Origin: a virus | Lineage: Duplodnaviria > Caudoviricetes | Length of the DNA stretch: 34,466 nt | Direction: 5' to 3' (one strand) | Virus record (IMG/VR): IMGVR_UViG_3300020042_007509 | Location: 1 to 34,466 of that record | Part shown: positions 27,826 through 34,466 of the stretch, one piece after another | Position numbering within the stretch: position 1 is the stretch's first letter | Layout: the number at the start of each line of letters is the position of its first letter | Made by a program: the position numbers and the translations under genes | The notes under the pieces: model-generated | The model's database searches: none | What the model was told of the DNA's origin: nothing | The model's input: the letters and a program-made list of their open reading frames with translations, nothing else

Positions 27826-28917
27826 CTATATCACACGCTGTATGCGCTTCCCTAAATAACGCATACAAGGTACAGCCATTGAGTTGCCAATTGCTTTGTA
27901 TCTAGGGCTATCTGGTGTGTTAGTCCGTACATCTGTCCAACCATCCGGAAATCCCTGTAAGCGTTCACATTCGGTTACTGTAAGCCTTCGTACTCTAGTG
28001 TGATTAACGACGATATCGGTTGACCTGACATCACCTACATCAAAGCAGTTGAGTGTGTTGGTAACTTCATCTGGAACCCACGTTTCAAAGTCTTCAGTAC
28101 TCTGCGCTCTACGTGACTTACGATACGTATGCTGCACTATTGGAGCATTACCTCCACCTGTACCCCATCGTGCAAGTACTGTTTGACTAGTGTGAGGTTC
28201 TTCCTTCAGCCTGGCATCTGTCTGATTGTTTTGATACAGGACAGGGACTAAGTTGTAACACTCGTCTCCGGCTGGACCTCCGGAACCTTTAGCCCACTTT
28301 GAAGATACAGTGCCTGTGATAGATGCATCGGCAATGCCTTGCCCCTGCGTTCTGCTCGTTTTATGATTCCCTGACAAGCTCTCTGGCTCAAATAGTACTT
28401 CTCCGGCACGTCTTGAATCTCCTGAAGAATGTCCAACAAGAAAGATTCTTCTTCGTCTTTGTGGGACTCCGAAGTGTTGAGCATCCAGACACCTCCAAGC
28501 GAACCCATAGCCGATGCTTGCCAACGCCCCGATGAAGGAACCAAAGTCCCGTCCGCCGTTGCTGGACAGAACACCGGGGACATTTTCCCAGACAACCCAT
28601 TCGGGCTTAAAGTGTTCAACCATTCCAACGAAGACGAGGGAGAGATTTCCCCTTGGGTCTTCAAGCCCTTTACGCAATCCTGCAACGCTGAATGCTTGAC
28701 AGGGTGTTCCTCCAACGAGAAGGTCAACTGTATCTCCATCTATATCCCACTCCTTATACCTAGTCATATCCCCGTAGTTCTTTACGTTAGGGAATCGTTT
28801 AGCCAACACCTCTGAAGGGAACTTCTCTATCTCAGAGAACCCTACAGGTGTCCAACCGAAGTCATGCCACGCTACACTGGCTGCCTCGATACCACTACAT
28901 ACACTTAGATATCTCAT
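27826..28917 (-). CDS. DNA (cytosine-5) methyltransferase
   Basis: SVCSGIEA (motif I), GGTPCQ (IV), WENVPG (VI), QRRRRIF (VIII), RRLTVTECERLQGFPD (IX) and IGNSMAV (X). Confidence 0.95.
   Translation of the reverse strand: MRYLSVCSGIEAASVAWHDFGWTPVGFSEIEKFPSEVLAKRFPNVKNYGDMTRYKEWDIDGDTVDLLVGGTPCQAFSVAGLRKGLEDPRGNLSLVFVGMVEHFKPEWVVWENVPGVLSSNGGRDFGSFIGALASIGYGFAWRCLDAQHFGVPQRRRRIFLVGHSSGDSRRAGEVLFEPESLSGNHKTSRTQGQGIADASITGTVSSKWAKGSGGPAGDECYNLVPVLYQNNQTDARLKEEPHTSQTVLARWGTGGGNAPIVQHTYRKSRRAQSTEDFETWVPDEVTNTLNCFDVGDVRSTDIVVNHTRVRRLTVTECERLQGFPDGWTDVRTNTPDSPRYKAIGNSMAVPCMRYLGKRIQRVI
28248..28739 (-). CDS. Nested alternate-frame ORF resembling the M.EcoHK31I beta polypeptide
   Basis: 163-aa same-strand alternate frame with LLDILQ..VPEKYYLSQRACQGIIKRAERRGK.LP; AAGGAG upstream. 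Confidence 0.6.
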   Translation of the reverse strand: MEIQLTFSLEEHPVKHSALQDCVKGLKTQGEISPSSSLEWLNTLSPNGLSGKMSPVFCPATADGTLVPSSGRWQASAMGSLGGVWMLNTSESHKDEEESFLLDILQEIQDVPEKYYLSQRACQGIIKRAERRGKALPMHLSQALYLQSGLKVPEVQPETSVTT

Positions 28918-29465
28918 TCTTCTCCCTTGTTGAATGGACACGTAGAACATAACGACTGACAGTTCGCTGCCTGATGTAGTACAGCGTTAGCATCCCTGAC
29001 TGACATACCTTTAGGTACAGATACCTGCTCTACATTAGACTTAGGTAACGGTTCACCACGTACCTCTTCCATCAAGGTAGTGATAGTCCAATCGTTTTTC
29101 CTTGCTATAGTAAGAAGCTCTGTTTGTTTTTCAGGGTTAAGTTTGGCTACTACTCTATGGTGTGTCCAAGATAGTCCTGGAACACGCCTGTCTTTTGTTA
29201 CAGCCTTTGCTACCCATACGTAGTTCGCTAGGCTTTGATATGACTGTCCTGTAACATCAACAGCTTGAGAGTATCGTTCACCATATCTGCTCTCCCCATA
29301 AAGGAGAGCATCGCCAAGGGCGAACTGAAACGCCGTATCCATACGACTTAACGTACCCATAAGGGTTGACCATTGCTCGAAGGACAACTCCTTGACAACG
29401 GACAACCCTGTTTCACTTATGGATACAGAATCGGTAAGACTACCGATATGTACCACTTCACTCAT
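28914..29465 (-). CDS. LmbU-like DNA-binding protein
   Basis: LGDALLYGE.RYGERYSQA...TGQSYQSLANY.WVA.....RR..LSWTHH..VA. Confidence 0.7.
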   Translation of the reverse strand: MSEVVHIGSLTDSVSISETGLSVVKELSFEQWSTLMGTLSRMDTAFQFALGDALLYGESRYGERYSQAVDVTGQSYQSLANYVWVAKAVTKDRRVPGLSWTHHRVVAKLNPEKQTELLTIARKNDWTITTLMEEVRGEPLPKSNVEQVSVPKGMSVRDANAVLHQAANCQSLCSTCPFNKGEE

Positions 29466-29701
29466 CGCAGACTACCTACGAAGCTGTTGAACTTCTCTGT
29501 CATAGTCCTAGGTTTCCTACCCTGCGTAGCGTGTACTTCTTTGGTTAGTAGGTTGACAGCCTGGTCAAGTTTCTCAAGCACTCCGATAATAGGATATTGA
29601 GGTTGACCTGTCTTCAGTTCTGTATTGACCTGTAGGTAGTGCGCCTTTGCTCTAAGGTTTACCAATCCTTCAAGGACGAGTTCCAGTTCACTCCGTCTCA
29701 T
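29462..29701 (-). CDS. Hypothetical protein
   Basis: 79-aa ORF overlapping both neighbours; GGAG RBS. Confidence 0.6.
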   Translation of the reverse strand: MRRSELELVLEGLVNLRAKAHYLQVNTELKTGQPQYPIIGVLEKLDQAVNLLTKEVHATQGRKPRTMTEKFNSFVGSLR

Positions 29702-30281
29702 TCTTAGACTCCATTATCGTTTTGATTGTGATGCTCTCTCCACCTGGAACAACATCAAAGCCTAGTCCCTCAGCCATAACGCTATCGTCAATCAGTACCT
29801 TTTTTAGGTCAGCTGGAATAGCGGAGATAAGTACAGACTCTTGTACCTTTACGGCTGCAGGACATTGGAGTTTTAGATATGCAAGTGCTATATCAGGCTT
29901 TGATACCTTGATTGTAGATTGCGTTGTACGTTGCGATAAAGTGCCAAACGGGCATCGATACGTCTTAGTCTTTAGGTTGCCTTCCTTATCCTTTGGAAGG
30001 AGTGTTGCTGCAACCTTTCCTGCTTGACCTTCATACATATCACGCAGGAACTTGACCTTAGACTTGTGACGCTTCACCATCTTCTCGACGTTGGATAGCA
30101 TAGTCTTATACTTTGCTTCCTCTGCCAAAGCTCTGCTCTCAGCGTCAAGCAACAGACGCATATACTTCAATAGGTCATCTTCGTTTTGAAGGATAGCAGG
30201 GAGATAACCTCCCCCTGCCTGACCTGCGTACTCACCTGTTTCATCGTCGAACAAGTCACCATCAATCTCAATGATTGCCAT
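29688..30281 (-). CDS. Gam-like host-nuclease inhibitor / Gp157-like protein
   Basis: DDETGE start, coiled coil and KTYRCPFGTLSQR; adjacent to ERF. Confidence 0.65.
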   Translation of the reverse strand: MAIIEIDGDLFDDETGEYAGQAGGGYLPAILQNEDDLLKYMRLLLDAESRALAEEAKYKTMLSNVEKMVKRHKSKVKFLRDMYEGQAGKVAATLLPKDKEGNLKTKTYRCPFGTLSQRTTQSTIKVSKPDIALAYLKLQCPAAVKVQESVLISAIPADLKKVLIDDSVMAEGLGFDVVPGGESITIKTIMESKNETE

Positions 30282-30295
30282 ACTTACCTACCTTT

Positions 30296-31054
30296 CTATT
30301 CGGATGCTTTCATACATCCAGTAATGAACTCGTCTGCTTCAGCCTGGTCTTTGCATTCCAGTAAACAGTCAGCTACGTGTGATAAGGAATCAGGCGTAAC
30401 CTTCACCTCTTTACCTGAACCTGCGATAGCGTTATGGATGCCCTTACGGTCTTCCTTGGACGTATCCTTGCCGTACAACCTATCTATCTGTCCGTTGAAT
30501 CTCTCTAAAGGTGTAGGTCCTGCTACCTTTGATGGGGCAGGTGTCTTAGGTGCTTGCTGTTGTGGAGTCTGCGAATGCTGCAAAGATTGTTGTGGAGCCT
30601 GATTCTGATTCTGGTATCCACTAGCGGTATTCCCATCATCATCATCTTCACCGATAGAGAGGAGAGCGGACAACGAATACCTACGTCCGTATGTCAAGCT
30701 ACCGCCAACCCTATGAGCATCTACAGCCATAGCCTTACCTGTACGGTCAACGTTGTTGGTTACAGGTACTACAACACTAGATGCAACCCACTCACCTGAT
30801 GAATGGATAAGCTTTGACTCAACCTCTACAGCGTTTACAATCCCGTCTTCGTTCTTACTAACGTGTGTAATCCCTTGTGTGAGGAACAGGTTGTTAGCTG
30901 AGAGAACAGGACGCACCGCAAGTAGGATGCTATCTAGCGTGATGTACTTGCTACGAAAGATAGGGTTGTTACCGTCCTTGGCTACACCATTGATACCTGC
31001 CTGAGCCTTAACTAGGTCAGGTGCAATACTACTAATAGACTCTGATGTCTTCAT
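30296..31054 (-). CDS. erf: ERF-family single-strand annealing protein
   Basis: KDGNNPIFRSKYITLD, IHSSGEW and GGSLTYGRRYSLSALLSI..DDDG; AAGGAG RBS. Confidence 0.9.
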   Translation of the reverse strand: MKTSESISSIAPDLVKAQAGINGVAKDGNNPIFRSKYITLDSILLAVRPVLSANNLFLTQGITHVSKNEDGIVNAVEVESKLIHSSGEWVASSVVVPVTNNVDRTGKAMAVDAHRVGGSLTYGRRYSLSALLSIGEDDDDGNTASGYQNQNQAPQQSLQHSQTPQQQAPKTPAPSKVAGPTPLERFNGQIDRLYGKDTSKEDRKGIHNAIAGSGKEVKVTPDSLSHVADCLLECKDQAEADEFITGCMKASE

Positions 31055-31073
31055 TCTTTCTCCTTGTGGTAGA

Positions 31074-31103
31074 AGTATATAGGCACACATACTGTATTGT
31101 CAA
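31074..31103 (-). promoter_or_regulatory. Sigma70-type promoter
   Basis: TTGACA-18 nt-TATACT upstream of erf. Confidence 0.65.
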
Positions 31104-31116
31104 TACGATTATTGGT

Positions 31117-31767
31117 TTACGATAGTTTAGAGAGGAGTAGGTCTTCCTCGTCTACGTCTGGTGTAAGAGCATCTAATCCCTGTAGGTCAACAGGTTGGTT
31201 AGTCTCTTGGATGTATAGGTGATTAGTCTGGCAGAAGAGCTTCATGATTGGTACAAGCTCTACGATAGTCTTCATATCGCCCATCACCTCTACAGGGTCT
31301 TTACCTGCTTGCTTGATGATATGCAGCGCACCTTCAACGGTAATGGCTACAACCTGGTGAGGTGTGCCATCGATAAGATTTGATACGGAGCCGATACCTT
31401 TATCGGTTACTTTGATAATGCGATACACAAACCCTGACATATCTGGCGTAATGCTGCCGTTTGGTGCATCAAGCGGGAATGTACATACCCTATCCTTGCA
31501 TCCAAGTAACGCTACTTTGTTACCGTTGTACTGAATGAAACGATAGTTAGCGACGATGTCCGCTACACGTACCTTGTCGTTGTAATCTGTACCATCTACT
31601 GATGTTGGTTCGTCCCATACTTCTGCGTATCTCCAACCATCTTTCTCAGATTCCTTCAGCGTTTCAATGCCTTCGATATCTAGGATGTTTGCATACAGGT
31701 ATTCACTGCTCATCTTTTGTATCTGATATGCCCAGGCTTTCACGTCTGGTGATTTATAGTTTTTCAT
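31117..31767 (-). CDS. Hypothetical protein
   Basis: 216-aa ORF with an AAGGA RBS. Confidence 0.7.
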   Translation of the reverse strand: MKNYKSPDVKAWAYQIQKMSSEYLYANILDIEGIETLKESEKDGWRYAEVWDEPTSVDGTDYNDKVRVADIVANYRFIQYNGNKVALLGCKDRVCTFPLDAPNGSITPDMSGFVYRIIKVTDKGIGSVSNLIDGTPHQVVAITVEGALHIIKQAGKDPVEVMGDMKTIVELVPIMKLFCQTNHLYIQETNQPVDLQGLDALTPDVDEEDLLLSKLS

Positions 31768-32173
31768 TATCGTCCTTAAACCTTCTTACCCTGTCGTATG
31801 CTGTCCAATTCTCGTTGGCTGCTTCCTTCGTTAGTACTACGTCGATTACATCTCCGATACTCCTACATATCGTTGTGTAACCTGCGTCAGCTATGTCTTT
31901 CTGTATCTGCGATACAACACCTTTTTCAGTCTTCAGCTCTATCGCAAGTGCTGTACTGTTCCAAGTGCGATGCTTTGAATGGATGTATATGTCTGGTAAT
32001 CCTGGTGTATTACCCTGCCATCCCGTAGCGTAAGAGTATGTACCACATTTGGTACACCTGACCTTACTTCTACTCTTACCTGTCTCGAAGACTCTGTAAC
32101 CAAGGATTGTTAGAACATCTATGACGCTCTTTTGGAATGCTGCTTCAGGTTTCAATTGTGTGTTACTCTCCAA
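31754..32173 (-). CDS. VRR-NUC domain nuclease / resolvase with a CxxC insert
   Basis: E..FQ..V, GLPDI, IELKTEKGVVS..Q and CRS motifs; CTKC. Confidence 0.8.
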   Translation of the reverse strand: MESNTQLKPEAAFQKSVIDVLTILGYRVFETGKSRSKVRCTKCGTYSYATGWQGNTPGLPDIYIHSKHRTWNSTALAIELKTEKGVVSQIQKDIADAGYTTICRSIGDVIDVVLTKEAANENWTAYDRVRRFKDDNEKL

Positions 32174-32703
32174 GCGTGATTGGCTACTGATGCCGTTAAT
32201 GGTTTCTTCAGGATGCCAAGCTTGCGTAGTGCTGTACGGAATGCTGTTGGTGTTGGCGCACGTTTACATAACTCGAATAGACTTTCATCTCCCTGGATAA
32301 TCTCTAGCCCTTCCAGTTGTGTTTTGGTAGGGTCGATTACATCGGTAAAGAATTCATCCTTCGCTGCCTTATGGTGTATGCGTATCTTGTCTACGTAGCG
32401 TGTCACCTTACCTAACTTTAGGGATACGTCGAAGATGATTGTCCACCCGTATTCTCCATTGAGGAAATTGATGATGTCTTTCTTCGTCCAATGGTGATTG
32501 ATTTTGCGTACGAACATACTGGCTAACACTTGTACCCGTCCAGTCTTACCTTCTTTCATAAGTCTATGCTGGATACCTTTTGCTTCTTCCGTTGCTTCTT
32601 CTTTCGTATGGTAGTAACGCTTGAAGCTCCCGCTGCGTACCATTGTCACGCAAGTGTATTGACCGCCAATACCTCTACGTCCGCCAAAGCTATGGAATCC
32701 CAT
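32152..32703 (-). CDS. Hypothetical basic protein
   Basis: 183-aa ORF in the operon; TAATG coupling. Confidence 0.65.
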   Translation of the reverse strand: MGFHSFGGRRGIGGQYTCVTMVRSGSFKRYYHTKEEATEEAKGIQHRLMKEGKTGRVQVLASMFVRKINHHWTKKDIINFLNGEYGWTIIFDVSLKLGKVTRYVDKIRIHHKAAKDEFFTDVIDPTKTQLEGLEIIQGDESLFELCKRAPTPTAFRTALRKLGILKKPLTASVANHAWRVTHN

Positions 32704-32825
32704 TAATTCCTACCTAGTATCACGAGTGCAAAACCTACAACCAAAACAGCGATACCTATCTGCCATTGCCCTAGAAATAGACTAGCCCATCCGATAAAGC
32801 AGACAAAGCTTCCAATACTTTTCAA
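32703..32825 (-). CDS. Small membrane protein, 40 aa (not in the ORF track)
   Basis: TTG start; MKSIGSFVCFIGWASLFLGQWQIGIAVLVVGFALVILGRN; exactly fills the gap with overlaps at both ends. Confidence 0.6.
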   Translation of the reverse strand: MKSIGSFVCFIGWASLFLGQWQIGIAVLVVGFALVILGRN

Positions 32826-33064
32826 TCGTATAACCCTCTCTTGTGCTTTGCGTATTCGATACCTCTATATACGACAGCCCACATATCTGTTGACTCTAAG
32901 GTGGAGTACATATATTCAGCTACACGCTCACACTCAGTATCTGTAACGGTAGCATCTGCAATCCTGAATTCCTCTGGTGAGAATGCTTCAATATAGCATT
33001 GAGGGAACACCTCTTTTAGCCTGGTCAATTCTGCATCGAATAACTTTTGGTTGAATGGTTTCAT
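32822..33064 (-). CDS. Hypothetical protein (paralog of 34017-34298)
   Basis: AAAGGTAGGTA leader; shared F..EL....P..Y.EA..P motif. Confidence 0.7.
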   Translation of the reverse strand: MKPFNQKLFDAELTRLKEVFPQCYIEAFSPEEFRIADATVTDTECERVAEYMYSTLESTDMWAVVYRGIEYAKHKRGLYD

Positions 33065-33086
33065 ATCGTTACCTACCTTTATGTAT

Positions 33087-33110
33087 GCAGGGTAGTGTTA
33101 CCTACCCTGC
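33087..33110. promoter_or_regulatory. Intergenic 9-bp stem-loop
   Basis: GCAGGGTAG-tgttac-CTACCCTGC. Confidence 0.6.
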
Positions 33111-33120
33111 TGTATCCCTT

Positions 33121-33654
33121 TCAGATATAGATATCGTTGACTAGATTGGATGCCCATTCCAGTACATCTTTAGGGCTATAGCATCCCCGTAATTCAATCT
33201 CACGAATGCTACGGTTTTGCTTTGCAGCATAAACCTGTATGTGTGTTAGCGTCTTACGTCCATCAAATTCAAATCGCAATTCGTTGGAATCGTAATCATC
33301 GCATACACGTACGACGATTAAGCGTTTGTTGGTATTACTTTCAACCGATACCTGCTCAATATATGCTATGCCTTGCTTCGCTATATCGGTAAGAGTATCT
33401 AACTCTACGCTATGCACATAGATACCTTCGTAGCGGTATACAGCTGGTTCTATGGTGTCTAAGTCTTCGTACCACGTGGTATCACCGTTAGCGCAGATGC
33501 CTACACTAAACTCACTAAACATAACGGTATACGTACCCTGCTCAGTCTCTGCCTTGTGGAATGTAAACTTGATACCTTCACGCTGGCATACCTCTGCCTG
33601 GTCAAGCATATCAAGGGCTTTGACTTCGTCTAAGTCTAACGTTTCGATTTTCAT
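33121..33654 (-). CDS. Hypothetical protein
   Basis: 177-aa ORF with an AAGGTAGATAG leader. Confidence 0.7.
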   Translation of the reverse strand: MKIETLDLDEVKALDMLDQAEVCQREGIKFTFHKAETEQGTYTVMFSEFSVGICANGDTTWYEDLDTIEPAVYRYEGIYVHSVELDTLTDIAKQGIAYIEQVSVESNTNKRLIVVRVCDDYDSNELRFEFDGRKTLTHIQVYAAKQNRSIREIELRGCYSPKDVLEWASNLVNDIYI

Positions 33655-33660
33655 ATCTAT

Positions 33661-33855
33661 CTACCTTGCAATCCTTGTTTGTTTAGCAGGTTTCATCCTG
33701 ACACCATTCGGGTCATATGCACTTACCAATTCATCTGAGTCTACTGACCAGATATAAACAATTTGTCCAAACACTTTGTTGCCTTGCGTATTGGAATGAA
33801 TTACGTGGATTGCAAATGTTTCTAATGCTTCCTTTAGGCTGACACAATCCCACAT
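33661..33855 (-). CDS. Hypothetical protein, possibly 5' truncated
   Basis: 64 aa; no clear RBS; begins at the strand switch. Confidence 0.45.
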   Translation of the reverse strand: MWDCVSLKEALETFAIHVIHSNTQGNKVFGQIVYIWSVDSDELVSAYDPNGVRMKPAKQTRIAR

Positions 33856-33858
33856 ACG

Positions 33859-34014
33859 GGAAAGCTCTCACGTACGGCGATTGTACGGGCAGTCAAGCGT
33901 ACATTAGGGTTGCAAGGTAAACGGGCAGAGGTAGACGTATTCACGCAAGGCATAACGATACATACAGATGGCAAAGTTATATTTGTAGACGTATACGAAG
34001 AAAGGAATAGGTAG
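33859..34014 (+). pseudogene. Headless gene fragment
   Basis: GKLSRTAIVRAVKRTLGLQGKRAEVDVFTQGITIHTDGKVIFVDVYEERNR*; stops 2 nt before the next ATG; in-frame TAG at 33835 and no ATG in the frame. Confidence 0.45.
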
Positions 34015-34016
34015 GT

Positions 34017-34298
34017 ATGACTAAGCACGAAATGTTTCAGGCAGTCAGTGAACAAGAAGACGCATTTTTTAATGAGCTTCAGGCTATGCGGGCTAAGTAT
34101 CCAGGATTCTACGTCGAAGCTTGGATGCCGACAGACATAATCATTCAAGCAGATGGGCGATATGAAGCAGTAGATGCACAACAGTTAGAAGACTTTTGCT
34201 GCAACGTAGTTGGATGTATTCGGCATGATGCCAGCGTAGGTACATCCTGGGATACCTTAGAATCGGCTATCGATATAGCGATAAAGGATTATTCATAG
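34017..34298 (+). CDS. Hypothetical protein (paralog of 32822-33064)
   Basis: AAAGGAATAGGTAGGT leader; motif shared with 32822-33064. Confidence 0.7.
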   Translation: MTKHEMFQAVSEQEDAFFNELQAMRAKYPGFYVEAWMPTDIIIQADGRYEAVDAQQLEDFCCNVVGCIRHDASVGTSWDTLESAIDIAIKDYS

Positions 34299-34354
34299 GT
34301 TTAGACTCTACCCATAACGGGTATGTATATAGTGTGAAAGGTAGGTAGGTAGGT

Positions 34355-34466
34355 ATGAATATATCTAAGACATTCACAAATGTTGAATTGGTGAGCTTGG
34401 TAAAGGTAATTGCGTTAGGTGGATACAAGATAGAAATGGATGATGTAATATCATCCCTTCACGTTA
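34355..34466 (+). CDS. Hypothetical protein, 3' truncated by the window edge
   Basis: AAAGGTAGGTAGGTAGGT-ATG; MNISKTFTNVELV... is open to the edge. Confidence 0.6.
   Translation, partial: MNISKTFTNVELVSLVKVIALGGYKIEMDDVISSLHV

Noticed and set aside
28429-28815. 128-aa + strand ORF opposite the MTase
   Set aside because: An antisense shadow with no RBS or motif, unlike the same-strand nested ORF.
33834-34181. 115-aa - strand ORF
   Set aside because: It is antisense to better supported + strand genes and has an atypical composition.
1-34466. Stop-codon reassignment
   Set aside because: Genes are intact and densely packed under the standard code, and TAA, TGA and TAG all terminate genes.

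Overview
This window is a tailed-phage (Caudoviricetes) genome fragment with no host genes, rRNA, tRNA or CRISPR visible. The + strand (1-22747) is a virion and lysis module: head-tail adaptor and closure proteins, holin-like membrane proteins, a beta-helix spike/fibre, small tail proteins, a 1328-aa podovirus-type nozzle-like protein, two ejection-type proteins, a 3275-aa polyvalent protein and a CHAP endolysin. The - strand (22760-33855) is an early/replication module: XRE HTH, three tandem DUF2829/Tad2-like proteins, DnaB helicase and loader, an HTH replication initiator with internal iteron-like repeats, a C5 methyltransferase with a nested alternate-frame ORF, LmbU-like, Gam-like, ERF and VRR-NUC genes. 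The most interesting signals are the Tad2-like triplet, the giant protein with an ART-like domain and a repeat-flanked cassette, the nested MTase ORF, a recurrent AAAGGTAGGTA leader, and two probable junctions (~2870 and ~33856). All family assignments come from motif recognition by eye, not database searches.
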